From Candidatus Nomurabacteria bacterium (GTDB lineage: Bacteria; Patescibacteriota; Minisyncoccia; Phycocordibacterales; UBA9973): DNA of 64,000 nt. The translations under genes and the position numbers were made by a program. Where the stretch lies: the NCBI GenBank assembly GCA_026395995.1, contig JAPLXQ010000010.1:69296-133295 (forward strand), read 5' to 3'. Positions 35,544 to 47,878 of the stretch are shown piece after piece. The notes under the pieces were generated by a model. The model did not search any database. It worked only from the letters and a program-made list of their open reading frames with translations, and was not told the DNA's origin. How positions within the stretch are numbered: position 1 is the stretch's first letter; the number at the start of each line of letters is the position of its first letter.

Positions 35544-36332
35544 ATGATTCTTACTATTACAATACTTTTCTTTCTTTTTGGTGCTATTATAGGCAGTTTT
35601 TTGAACGTCGTAATTTACCGTTTTAATACTGGTAAAACATTTGGTGGACGTAGTATGTGTATGGCTTGCAGTAAAAGTCTTTCTTGGTATGAGCTTGTAC
35701 CTGTTTTTAGTTTTTTAATTCAAAAAGGGAAGTGTCGTAATTGTAAAGCTAAAATTTCTATTCAATACCCGTTGGTCGAAGTTTTGACTGGTTTTGTTTT
35801 TGCAGCTATTTTCTTAAAATATCAGCTTTTGTTTTGGCTTAATACTGTCGACTTCACAATAACTTTGGCTTATTATGCGACACTATTTTCTTTGTTGATT
35901 GTGATTGCTGTCTATGATGTTCGTCATAAAATAATTCCAGATATTTTAGCTTTTGTTTTTGGTTTAATTTCTTTTATTGGAATTTTCTTTTTCTTGAATG
36001 GTAATTTTTACCCACACCTTCCAGCTCTTTTAGAATATTTGTCTGGTTTAATTTTGGCTTTACCATTTGCTTTCTTTTGGCTTGTCTCTCGTGGACGATG
36101 GATGGGGCTCGGTGATGCTAAGCTATCTCTCGGACTCGGATGGATGCTCGGTCTATCTCTTGGTCTTTCTGGTCTAGTCTTAGCTTTTTGGCTTGGAGCT
36201 ATTCTGGGTATTGGACTTTTGATTTTTTCTAAAAAACATAATATAAAAAGTGAAATTCCATTTGCACCATTTTTGATTATTGGTACATTTTTGACTTTCA
36301 TTTTTGAAATGAATTTCTTCCCGTTTTATTAA
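35544..36332 (+). CDS. pilD: prepilin peptidase / N-methyltransferase PilD (A24 family)
   Basis: Cys4 motif CMACSKS ... CRNC and catalytic Asp regions VYDVRHKIIPD and GLGDAKL. Confidence 0.8.
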   Translation: MILTITILFFLFGAIIGSFLNVVIYRFNTGKTFGGRSMCMACSKSLSWYELVPVFSFLIQKGKCRNCKAKISIQYPLVEVLTGFVFAAIFLKYQLLFWLNTVDFTITLAYYATLFSLLIVIAVYDVRHKIIPDILAFVFGLISFIGIFFFLNGNFYPHLPALLEYLSGLILALPFAFFWLVSRGRWMGLGDAKLSLGLGWMLGLSLGLSGLVLAFWLGAILGIGLLIFSKKHNIKSEIPFAPFLIIGTFLTFIFEMNFFPFY

Positions 36333-36340
36333 TTTAAAAT

Positions 36341-37084
36341 ATGGTAAATTTTTTAAAAAAAATAAAGAATAATTTATTTCACCCTTTTATTAAAAAGGGT
36401 AGTAGTCAATCTGGAATGACATATATAGAGCTAATCGTAGTCCTTACTATTTTTGGAATTATGTCTACTGTGTTGCTTTTTAAGTACGGCACATTTAATG
36501 CTCAGATTGATTTACAAAATTTATCTCAAGATATTGCCTTGCAAATAGTTTCTGCTCAAAAATCTGCTTTATCAGGTAAGTTGCCTGACATTGGTGGAGC
36601 TGGCTATGACTTAGTAAATCCTACTTCATTTCCAAATTGGAGACCTGCTTATGGTGTTTATTTTAATTCAAATCCAGCTACTGTCGCTAGTACTATTGCT
36701 AATCCAGATAACAAAAAAATTATTTCTTTTGTTGATACAAATAATGTGAAATATTACCAAGAAGGATGTAATGATTTGAATAGACCTGGTGAGACATCAG
36801 ATCAGTGTATTGATGTAATAAATATTCAAAAAGGAGATTATGTTAGTAATATTTGTACAAAGCAGAATATTTCTGATGCTGACTGCGTTAGACATGAATC
36901 TGTTTCCATTACTTTTACTCGTCCTGATTCTAGTGCTTTTATTGTCACAGAAACAAATCCTGATTTAGCAGACCTTTCTATAAACCAAGCTGCTGTGGTT
37001 ATTATTACTATTTCTTCAGAAAATGATAATACTTTAATTAAACAAATCACTATCGACGCCTCTGGTCGTATTTCAGTAAGTTAA
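36341..37084 (+). CDS. minor pilin / pseudopilin
   Basis: GMTYIELIVVLTIFGIMS prepilin N-terminus. Confidence 0.55.
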   Translation: MVNFLKKIKNNLFHPFIKKGSSQSGMTYIELIVVLTIFGIMSTVLLFKYGTFNAQIDLQNLSQDIALQIVSAQKSALSGKLPDIGGAGYDLVNPTSFPNWRPAYGVYFNSNPATVASTIANPDNKKIISFVDTNNVKYYQEGCNDLNRPGETSDQCIDVINIQKGDYVSNICTKQNISDADCVRHESVSITFTRPDSSAFIVTETNPDLADLSINQAAVVIITISSENDNTLIKQITIDASGRISVS

Positions 37085-37085
37085 T

Positions 37086-37757
37086 ATGCAAAAAATTATT
37101 AATAAAAAAGAATCAGGTTTTACTATAATTGAAGTGATGATTTCAGTCGCACTTTTTACGACTATTATTATTGTCGGTATTGGTGCTTTGATAAATGCTG
37201 GTAATTTGCATAATAAATCTTCAAAAGTCAGATCAATCCTAGATAACTTATCTTTTGTGATGGAAGATATGTCTCGTAATTTACGAACAGGTGATACTTA
37301 TTTGTGTACCAGTGACGTAGAAGCTGGTCCTGATTGTTCTGATGGAAAGCAAATTATTTTTAATAATAATACCGCTGGAGTAGCTGGTGAAAAATGGTTA
37401 TATGCTTTTACTGATTCATCTATGTACACAGGAAGTGTCAATATTATTAAAGCTACTTCTACAGACTTACAGACATTTCCAGTAATGTCTGTCGATAATA
37501 TTATTCAACTAAACCCAGACGAAATTAGACTAGACTCTTCTTCTGGTTTTACTGTAGTCGGAGCTAATACAGATGATACATTTCAACCATATGTAATAAT
37601 TAGACTTTCAGGTAAAATTATTTATAAGAATAATGAAATACCTTTTAAATTAGAGACTTCGGTATCACAAAGGTTTAATGATATTGTTTCACCTCCACCA
37701 CCAGTAGCTGGTGCACTTGGTGCAGGTCCCGTCGTGCCAGCGGTCACAATTCCTTAA
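37086..37757 (+). CDS. minor pilin / pseudopilin
   Basis: SGFTIIEVMISVALFTTIIIVG prepilin N-terminus. Confidence 0.55.
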   Translation: MQKIINKKESGFTIIEVMISVALFTTIIIVGIGALINAGNLHNKSSKVRSILDNLSFVMEDMSRNLRTGDTYLCTSDVEAGPDCSDGKQIIFNNNTAGVAGEKWLYAFTDSSMYTGSVNIIKATSTDLQTFPVMSVDNIIQLNPDEIRLDSSSGFTVVGANTDDTFQPYVIIRLSGKIIYKNNEIPFKLETSVSQRFNDIVSPPPPVAGALGAGPVVPAVTIP

Positions 37758-38334
37758 ATATATTATGATTAATTTTTTATTAAAAACAAATAAGAATTCA
37801 AAAGGTTTCACTTTGGTTGAAACACTTGTCGCTATTTCAATATTTACTATTTCTATTTTAGGAATGATTTCAATTTTATCTAATGGTATTACTGATACAA
37901 ATTATGCTAAAGATAAGATTATTGCTACTTATTTAGCTCAAGAGGGGGTTGAATTTGTTCGTAATGTTCGAGATGATAGTGTTTTGTATAATACTACAAA
38001 TTCAGGCTGGAGTGATTTTTTAAATAGGACAACAAATTGTGTTCCAAGTGGCACAGATCAAATTTTGGGTTGTCGTATGAATGATGATTTATCAACTACT
38101 GATAATTTTGCTGCATGTGCAGATTTTTCTAGTTGTGAGTTGTATATAAATACTGGGACTAATAAATATAGCTCTGATCCTCAAAGCGGTGACGATTCTG
38201 GTTTTAGTCGTATTATTACATTGAACACTGGTGTCAGTCCTAATAAAGTTACTATAACATCAAATGTTTCTTGGATGCAAAAATCAGGAAGACAAAGTGT
38301 TTCATTTACCGAAGATTTATTTAATTTATATTAA
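37757..38334 (+). CDS. minor pilin / pseudopilin
   Basis: KGFTLVETLVAISIFTISILG prepilin N-terminus. Start moved to the ATG overlapping the stop of the previous gene. Confidence 0.5.
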
Positions 38335-38336
38335 AA

Positions 38337-40927
<2,591 letters not shown>

Positions 40928-40957
40928 AAAAAGTCTTTATTTTGTTATACTTTTAGT

Positions 40958-41233
40958 ATGGAAATCAAAGATGTGGAAAACTTGGCAGAGATGTCAAAAA
41001 TAGAGCTTACAGACGCAGAAAAACAGCAAATCCTCAAAGATATGGATGGTATTTTAGGCTATGTGAAGCAAGTGGAAGAAGTTCAAGTTCCTGACACAAA
41101 AATGGAGTATGCACACAGAAATATTTGGCGTGAAGATGATAGTGAGAGAGGTGCAGAATTTTCTGCAGATTTAATCAAAGGTCAATTCCCAGACAAAGAC
41201 GGAGATTATATAAAAGTGAAGAAGGTTTTATAA
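40958..41233 (+). CDS. gatC: aspartyl/glutamyl-tRNA amidotransferase subunit C
   Basis: 91 aa, ELTDAEKQQILKDMDGILGYVKQVEEV pattern, immediately upstream of gatA. Confidence 0.65.
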   Translation: MEIKDVENLAEMSKIELTDAEKQQILKDMDGILGYVKQVEEVQVPDTKMEYAHRNIWREDDSERGAEFSADLIKGQFPDKDGDYIKVKKVL

Positions 41234-41287
41234 AAATGTTACAGATTCTGCTATCGCAGAAAATCTAACAAATATTATATAAAAAAT

Positions 41288-42703
41288 ATGACAGAAAATA
41301 TTGATATAAAAAATTTAAATATAGAGAAGGCAAGTGAGATGCTACGAGACGGAAAAATAACTTCTGTCGGTTTGGTGGAAGCTTGTTTGAAAAATATTAC
41401 AGAGAGAAATGGAGAATTGAATGCAATACTCGAAGTTTTTTCTGATGCACTTGAAAATGCAAAAAAAGCAGATGAAATGATTACGAGAGGGGAGGGAGAC
41501 CAATTGACTGGTATACCTCTCGTTATCAAAGACAATATTTTTATCACAGGGAAAAAAGTTTCAGCTTCTTCAAAAATTTTGGAAAATTATGTTGCATCTT
41601 ATGATGCATTTGTTATAGAAAAATTAAAAAAAACTGGAGCAGTATTTATCGGCCGAGCAAATATGGATGAATTTGCGATGGGAAGTTCTACAGAAAACTC
41701 AGCTTATGGTCCGACAAAAAATCCATTTGATATTACTCGTGTTCCTGGTGGAAGTTCTGGTGGCTCAGCTTGTTCTGTAGCTGCTGGTTTTTGTCTGGGA
41801 GCACTTGGTACTGATACTGGAGGTTCTATTCGTCAGCCAGCAAGTTTTTGTGGACTCGTCGGCATGAAGCCTACATATGGTGGAGTATCGCGCCGCGGAA
41901 CTATCGCTATGTCTTCATCTCTCGATCAGATCGGCCCGATAACAAAAACAGTTGAAGATGCAAAAATTATTTTTAATACTATTGTTGGGAAAGATAGTAT
42001 GGATGCGACTTCAATAGATTTAAATTCTACTGGTTCAGATATTACTGGAGCAAAAATCGGTATTCCACGAGACTGGCTCAAAGAAGGTATTGATGCTGAT
42101 ATTATGGAAAACTTTAATATTTCAGTTGAGAAATTAAAAAAACTTGGTTATGAAATAGTAGACATCGATTTACCTTATGCAAAATATTCTCTAGCTGTGT
42201 ATTATATTTTGATGCCAGCAGAAGTGAGTACAAATTTGTCACGACTCGATGGTATTCGATATGGAAATCGTGTAGAAGGGGAGAATATTTTTGATACTTA
42301 CAAAAAAACCAGAAGTGCAGGTTTTGGTCCTGAGACTCGTCGTCGTATTATTCTCGGCTCATATGTTCTTTCTCATGGATATTATGATGCTTATTACAAT
42401 AAAGCTTGGAAGGTTCGTCATGCTATAGAAAAAGAATTTGAAGATATTTTCAAAAAAGTTGATTTTGTTTTAACTCCTACTACTCCTTCTGTGGCATTTA
42501 AATTTGGTGCCAAAAAAGATCCACTACAAATGTATTTGTCAGATATTTTTACAGTACCAGCAAACATAGCAGGTGTTCCGTCTTTATCTGTACCTAGTGG
42601 TTTTTCTTCTGAAGGATTGCCTTACGGTGTTCAATTTATGGCTCCTTTATGTGCAGATGAAAAATTATTTGCAATAAGTCTCGAATTAGAGGAAAATATA
42701 TAA
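41288..42703 (+). CDS. gatA: aspartyl/glutamyl-tRNA amidotransferase subunit A (amidase signature)
   Basis: GGSSGGSACSVAAG amidase signature, Ser-cisSer-Lys triad context. Confidence 0.85.
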   Translation: MTENIDIKNLNIEKASEMLRDGKITSVGLVEACLKNITERNGELNAILEVFSDALENAKKADEMITRGEGDQLTGIPLVIKDNIFITGKKVSASSKILENYVASYDAFVIEKLKKTGAVFIGRANMDEFAMGSSTENSAYGPTKNPFDITRVPGGSSGGSACSVAAGFCLGALGTDTGGSIRQPASFCGLVGMKPTYGGVSRRGTIAMSSSLDQIGPITKTVEDAKIIFNTIVGKDSMDATSIDLNSTGSDITGAKIGIPRDWLKEGIDADIMENFNISVEKLKKLGYEIVDIDLPYAKYSLAVYYILMPAEVSTNLSRLDGIRYGNRVEGENIFDTYKKTRSAGFGPETRRRIILGSYVLSHGYYDAYYNKAWKVRHAIEKEFEDIFKKVDFVLTPTTPSVAFKFGAKKDPLQMYLSDIFTVPANIAGVPSLSVPSGFSSEGLPYGVQFMAPLCADEKLFAISLELEENI

Positions 42704-42704
42704 T

Positions 42705-43349
42705 ATGCAACCAAATATCATTGATACAGTCACTTCTAAGCCAGTATTTAATCCAACTTATATAAACTTAGAATATGTCTTTAATAAAATATATGAGTTT
42801 TTTCATGCTATTTATAATGCTTTGTTTGCTGCTAATAATACAAGCACTAGTAGTAGCCAGGGTGTTTCTAATTTTCAAGGAATTTTAATTTTATTTTGTA
42901 TTTTTTTTATTATTATAATAATTTACTGCACGGTTAGAATTTTTGAAATTAGAAAACAAGAGCAAGAATACATGGATAATGAATTTGCTGTCTATGCAAA
43001 AAAACATGAAGAAAAGGATAAATACATTCCTTTAAATAATCAACGTTGGGAAAATGTTTTGAAATATTTACACTCTCAAAGTCCGAGTGATTGGCGTGTA
43101 GCTATTATTGAAGCAGATTTGATTCTTGAAGATATGACAAAAGATATTGGTTTGGAAGGGTTGAATTTAGGGGATCGTTTAAAATCAGCCAATCGAGACA
43201 AATTTAAAACACTCAATGATGCCTGGGAAGCACATCTTGTACGTAATAGAATTGCTCATGATGGAACAAAATTTGAAATCAATCAACGTGAAGCACAAAG
43301 AGTTGTTTTTCTTTATGAAAAAGTCTTTAACGAGTTTCGTATTATATAG
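42705..43349 (+). CDS. hypothetical membrane protein occupying the position where gatB would be expected
   Basis: One strong TM helix (ILILFCIFFIIIIIYCTV). No GatB motifs. Confidence 0.35.
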   Translation: MQPNIIDTVTSKPVFNPTYINLEYVFNKIYEFFHAIYNALFAANNTSTSSSQGVSNFQGILILFCIFFIIIIIYCTVRIFEIRKQEQEYMDNEFAVYAKKHEEKDKYIPLNNQRWENVLKYLHSQSPSDWRVAIIEADLILEDMTKDIGLEGLNLGDRLKSANRDKFKTLNDAWEAHLVRNRIAHDGTKFEINQREAQRVVFLYEKVFNEFRII

Positions 43350-43374
43350 ATACTTATAAACTCTTGTTTCTTGT

Positions 43375-43444
43375 TGCGGGGCCAGGAATCGAACCTAGGT
43401 CCTAAGGTTATGAGCCTTATGAGATACCACTTCTCCACCCCGCT
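43375..43444 (-). tRNA. tRNA with CAU anticodon (elongator Met or Ile2/lysidine type)
   Basis: Anticodon arm TAAGG-CTCATAA-CCTTA, D-arm GAGA/TCTC with GG loop, T-loop TTCGATT, 4-nt variable loop. The anticodon stem lacks the 3 GC pairs of an initiator. Exact 5-prime end uncertain by 1 nt. Confidence 0.6.
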
Positions 43445-43480
43445 ATGTAGTGGAATCTATTATACTACATTTTTAAAAAT

Positions 43481-44242
43481 ATGCAAAAGATTTTCAAGAA
43501 TATAATTTTGTTAAATAAAAAAGAAGGAGAGACTCCGCTTGAATCTTTGGAGTCTTTTCGATTGAAACATGCAGAATATAAAAATTTACCAATGACATAT
43601 GCAGGGAGGCTTGACCCTATGGCCGAAGGTTTGATGATTGTTTTGACAGGAGAAGAATGTAAAAACAAAGAAAAATATTTATCTTTTGATAAAGAATATG
43701 AATTTCAAGTTTTATTTGGTTTTGCTACTGATACTTATGATATTTTAGGGAAGGTGACCCAACCCCATAGGCAAGGCCTATGGGGTAAAAAAGAATTAGA
43801 AAAAGTTTTGAAAGAATTTTTAGGAAAAAGGAAACAAAAGTATCCTGTATATTCTTCAAAGACTGTAGACGGTAAACCGCTTTTTTCTTATGCACGTAAT
43901 GGTGAAAATGTGGAGATACCAGAAAAGGAAGTGGAAATAAAAAGTTTGAAATTAATAAAAATACAAAGTATTAAAAAAGAAAAACTTTTGAAAAATATTG
44001 AAAAGAGAATAAATAAAGTAAAAGGGGACTTTAGACAAAAAGAAATTATAAAAATTTGGAAGAAAAACTTAAACACAAAAAATGTTCAACACCGAGTGTT
44101 GAACATAGCGAGTTTTAAAGTTAAATGCTCCAGTGGTACCTATGTCCGTTCTATCTCAAATGAAATGGGAGAAAAACTCGGTATCCCAACACTTGCATAT
44201 TCAATCAAAAGAACAAAAATAGGGAAGTATAGCTTGAAATAA
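43481..44242 (+). CDS. truB: tRNA pseudouridine(55) synthase TruB
   Basis: GRLDPMAEGLMIVLTGE with catalytic Asp. Contains an in-frame perfect palindrome CCCCATAGGcaaggCCTATGGGG at 43763..43785. Confidence 0.75.
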   Translation: MQKIFKNIILLNKKEGETPLESLESFRLKHAEYKNLPMTYAGRLDPMAEGLMIVLTGEECKNKEKYLSFDKEYEFQVLFGFATDTYDILGKVTQPHRQGLWGKKELEKVLKEFLGKRKQKYPVYSSKTVDGKPLFSYARNGENVEIPEKEVEIKSLKLIKIQSIKKEKLLKNIEKRINKVKGDFRQKEIIKIWKKNLNTKNVQHRVLNIASFKVKCSSGTYVRSISNEMGEKLGIPTLAYSIKRTKIGKYSLK

Positions 44243-44246
44243 AACG

Positions 44247-44255
44247 TGCTATAAT
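44247..44255 (+). promoter_or_regulatory. extended -10 TGCTATAAT placed 6 bp before the ATG at 44262 (probable leaderless transcript)
   Basis: The same TGnTATAAT motif recurs at 4798, 34246, 35502 and 59986. Confidence 0.4.
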
Positions 44256-44261
44256 TTGCCT

Positions 44262-45173
44262 ATGCTATTTTCAGCAATTTTTACAATATTAGGTCTTTCA
44301 GTTTTTGAGGCAATTTCATCTATAGATAATGCGGTTATAAATGCCGAAGTGCTTTCGACGATGGGGAATAAGGCTCGTAAATGGTTCCTTCTTTGGGGCT
44401 TTTTAATAGCTGTTATTGTGGTCCGTGGAGTCTTGCCATTTATTATCGTTTGGGGCTTTAATCCTTCATTATCAGCCTCACAGGTCCTATCTGCTGCTTG
44501 GTCATCTGATCCAATAGTCCATGAGTCAATAGTGAAATCAGCCCCGATACTCCTTGTAGCTGGTGGAATATTTCTTTTATTTTTATTTTTACATTGGTTA
44601 TTCTTAGAAGATAAACATTTTGGAATACCAAAGACTGAAAAATTCTTTATGAAAAATGGTCTTTGGTTTTATACAATTGTTTCCATCCTTCTCACATTTA
44701 TTTGTTGGTTTGCTTTAAAACAAAATCCTATGATGGCCTTCGGGGCGGTGATAGGTTCGACTTTGTTTTTTATCACTCACGGCTTCAAACAAAATGCTGA
44801 AGCTGAAGAAAAAAGTTTATCAACATCAGCTCGTAGTGATTTGAGTAAATTATTTTTCTTGGAAATTATTGATGCTACATTCTCTATTGATTCTGTGCTC
44901 GGAGCTTTCGCTTTTACATTATCTGTGCCACTTATATTGTTAGGTAATGGACTTGGTGCATATTTAGTTCGTAAGCTTACAATAGGTAATATAGAAAATA
45001 TTAAAAAATACGTCTTATTAAAAAACGGAGCAATGTACTCTATTTTGGTCCTCGGTATTATTATGATTTTGCAAAGTTTTGGTCATGAAATTCCTGAATA
45101 TGTTTCTCCATTACTTACAATTATGATTATTACTTTTTTCTTCTTAAAATCTAAAAAACTTCTAAAATCTTAA
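44262..45173 (+). CDS. TerC/DUF475-like integral membrane protein
   Basis: Repeated SIDNAVINAEVL / FSIDSVLGAF motifs in a multi-TM protein. The ORF-track start at 44256 is a TTG overlapping the -10 box, so the ATG at 44262 is preferred. Confidence 0.5.
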   Translation: MLFSAIFTILGLSVFEAISSIDNAVINAEVLSTMGNKARKWFLLWGFLIAVIVVRGVLPFIIVWGFNPSLSASQVLSAAWSSDPIVHESIVKSAPILLVAGGIFLLFLFLHWLFLEDKHFGIPKTEKFFMKNGLWFYTIVSILLTFICWFALKQNPMMAFGAVIGSTLFFITHGFKQNAEAEEKSLSTSARSDLSKLFFLEIIDATFSIDSVLGAFAFTLSVPLILLGNGLGAYLVRKLTIGNIENIKKYVLLKNGAMYSILVLGIIMILQSFGHEIPEYVSPLLTIMIITFFFLKSKKLLKS

Positions 45174-45288
45174 GTATCTTTTAATTGTCTGGACAATTTT
45201 TGTTAATTTCGCTAGAATTGTAAGCTGTTAGGGTTAATAGCCATATTAGCCTTATATTATAAAAATATGATAATGTATTTGTGTATAT

Positions 45289-45822
45289 ATGAATCTTTTT
45301 CTAAAAATATTTAAGACTTCAAAAAATTTAATTTCTGTAAAAGATATTAATTCTGAAAAAACAGAAATAATTGAAGTTGGTGAAAAAATAAATAAAAAAA
45401 TAAAAAAACTATTTAATGGTTCTTTGGCTATTCGGCAAGTAGATGCTGGTTCAGATAATGCTTGTGAACAAGAACTTGTTGCGCTATCAAATGCTTTTTA
45501 TGACGTTGAGCGTTTTGGTATACATTTTGTAGCTTCTCCAAGACATGCCGATATGCTCATGGTTACTGGTCCTGTAACACGTAATATGGCTGAAGCCCTA
45601 AAAAGGGCATATGAAGCGACACCAGAACCAAAAATAATAATTGCTGTCGGAGATGATGCAATAAATGGTGGTATATATAAAGATTCTTATGCTGTTGTTG
45701 GTGGTGTTGATTCTGTGATACCTGTTCATTATCAAATTCCTGGTGATCCACCAAGTCCAAAAGTTATTTTATTTCATCTTTTAAATATTCTTGAAATTAT
45801 TGAGAATAAAAAATTAATTTAA
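45289..45822 (+). CDS. NuoB / group-4 [NiFe]-hydrogenase small-subunit homologue lacking three of the four [4Fe-4S] Cys ligands
   Basis: SPRHADMLMVTGPVTRNMAEAL ... EPKIIIAVGDDAINGG ... PGDPPSP. CC(A/V)E becomes ACEQE, GxCxxxGG becomes GDDAINGG, PGCPP becomes PGDPP. Confidence 0.7.
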   Translation: MNLFLKIFKTSKNLISVKDINSEKTEIIEVGEKINKKIKKLFNGSLAIRQVDAGSDNACEQELVALSNAFYDVERFGIHFVASPRHADMLMVTGPVTRNMAEALKRAYEATPEPKIIIAVGDDAINGGIYKDSYAVVGGVDSVIPVHYQIPGDPPSPKVILFHLLNILEIIENKKLI

Positions 45823-45827
45823 ATATT

Positions 45828-47876
45828 ATGATAAATTTTATTACATCAGAATTTAGTTTTGAGATTTTGTTTTTACTTTTTAGTGTTGGGGCTATTGGTT
45901 CTCTGTTTTTAAATAAAAACGACAAATTGGCAAACTTCTGGAGTAGTTTCTTTTCAATCAGTAGCTCTATTTGGGGTTTGATAATATCTATCTGTGCTAT
46001 TTCTTTTGGACAAGATCTTCTTTTTTCTGTAGGTCATTCAGTCTTCTCTGTTTTTTCAGTGTCTTTTCATGTTGATAAATTATCTGCTTTTTTTATCTTT
46101 ATAATTTCTTTAATTTCTTTGTTTTGTTCTATTTATGGTATTGGTTATGTAAAGCATTTTTATAAAAAATATAATATTGGTGCTTTAGGGTTCTTTTATA
46201 ATACTTTTATTTTAGGAATGTTACTCGTCGTCTCATCTTCCAATGGAATATTTTTCCTTTTAGCTTGGGAATTGATGTCTCTAGCTTCTTATTTCCTTGT
46301 TGTTTACGATAGAAATGATGAAGAAAATATAAAAGCTGGTTTTTTATATTTTATAATGACTCATGTCGGTACTGCTTTTATTATATTGGCATTATTATTG
46401 TTGTATAAATTTACAGGCTCATTTGATTTTGATATTGTTAAATCAAACATGGGATTAGTTCCTCTATATATTAAAAATCTTGTTTTTATATTCTCAATAA
46501 TTGGTTTTGGCACAAAAGCAGGTATTGTACCTTTCCATGTTTGGCTTCCTAGCGCTCACCCAGCAGCACCTTCACATGTTTCAGCTTTAATGTCTGGGGT
46601 GATGATCAAGACAGGTATTTTTATGATGATCAAAATTTTTCTTGATATTCTTCAGCCAGTACCTGTTTGGTGGGGGCTTACTATTTTAGTTATTGGTTCT
46701 GTCTCTTCTTTGCTTGGAGTTTTATATGCACTTACAGAACATGATTTAAAAAGACTTTTGGCTTATCATAGTATTGAAAATATTGGTATTATTTTGCTTG
46801 GTCTTGGTAGTGCTCTTACTTTTACATCTCTCGGTTTACCAGCATTAGCATTACTTGGTCTTATTGCTGCACTTTTTCACACATTAAACCATGCCACATT
46901 TAAATCATTACTTTTCCTTAGTGCTGGTTCAGTAATTAGTCAAACACACACTAGAAATATGGAAGAATTTGGTGGTCTTATAAAATACATGCCACAGACA
47001 GCCTTCTTCTTTTTAATTGGTTCAATGGCGATATCAGCACTTCCTCCTTTTAATGGATTCTTTAGTGAATGGTTAACTTTTCAATCACTTTTCCAAGGTA
47101 TAATGTCCTTAGATTTTTATTCTAAAGGAATTTTTATTTTTGCAGTTGGTTCATTAGCCTTTACTGGGGGATTAGCTTTAGCTTGTTTCGTAAAAGCATT
47201 TGGTGCTACATTTTTAGCTCGTCCTAGAAGTGAAGAGGTTAAACATGCTAAAGAATCTTCCTTCTCTTTACTTTTTGGTATGGGAGCTTTAGCTTTATTG
47301 TCTTTAGTATTTGGTATTTTTTCTGGATACTTGGGATCTTTTTTTGAAAAGATAGCTAAGAGTTTTACTTTTGCTCAAAATGTTTTTTATCCATCTTTCT
47401 CTACTGACTCTATGTTAAAAGTCGGTAACAGTTTCTCTTCTGTTTCAGCCCCAGCTATTTTTATATTTTTTGCTATTATCTTTTTAATTGTTATTTTTGT
47501 GACTAAGTTTTTGATTAATAGAAATCAAAAAGTAACTATAAATTCTACTTGGGATTGTGGTACAGATTTGACTCCACGTATGGAAATTACTGCGACAGGA
47601 TTTTCTAGATCTATTATTGTTATTTTAAAAGGAATACTTCGACCAAATATTAAAAAAGAAATAGTATATAATGATGCCGGTAGTAAATATCTACCAAAAT
47701 CACGTTTTGTTATTTTGAGTATTAAAGATATATATCAAGCATATTTTTACACACCCTTACATAAAATTACAACTTTCCTTTCTTTGCAGATAAAAAAGAT
47801 ACAAAATGGAAATGTAAATTCTTATATTTTGTATATCTTTTTTGCATTAATAGTCACTTTATTTTTAGCGATATAA
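45828..47876 (+). CDS. NuoL/MrpA/HyfB-like antiporter-type membrane subunit
   Basis: LLAWELMSLASYFLV and VPFHVWLPSAHPAAPSHVSALMSGVMIKTG motifs. 682 aa. Confidence 0.7.
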   Translation: MINFITSEFSFEILFLLFSVGAIGSLFLNKNDKLANFWSSFFSISSSIWGLIISICAISFGQDLLFSVGHSVFSVFSVSFHVDKLSAFFIFIISLISLFCSIYGIGYVKHFYKKYNIGALGFFYNTFILGMLLVVSSSNGIFFLLAWELMSLASYFLVVYDRNDEENIKAGFLYFIMTHVGTAFIILALLLLYKFTGSFDFDIVKSNMGLVPLYIKNLVFIFSIIGFGTKAGIVPFHVWLPSAHPAAPSHVSALMSGVMIKTGIFMMIKIFLDILQPVPVWWGLTILVIGSVSSLLGVLYALTEHDLKRLLAYHSIENIGIILLGLGSALTFTSLGLPALALLGLIAALFHTLNHATFKSLLFLSAGSVISQTHTRNMEEFGGLIKYMPQTAFFFLIGSMAISALPPFNGFFSEWLTFQSLFQGIMSLDFYSKGIFIFAVGSLAFTGGLALACFVKAFGATFLARPRSEEVKHAKESSFSLLFGMGALALLSLVFGIFSGYLGSFFEKIAKSFTFAQNVFYPSFSTDSMLKVGNSFSSVSAPAIFIFFAIIFLIVIFVTKFLINRNQKVTINSTWDCGTDLTPRMEITATGFSRSIIVILKGILRPNIKKEIVYNDAGSKYLPKSRFVILSIKDIYQAYFYTPLHKITTFLSLQIKKIQNGNVNSYILYIFFALIVTLFLAI

Positions 47877-47878
47877 AT

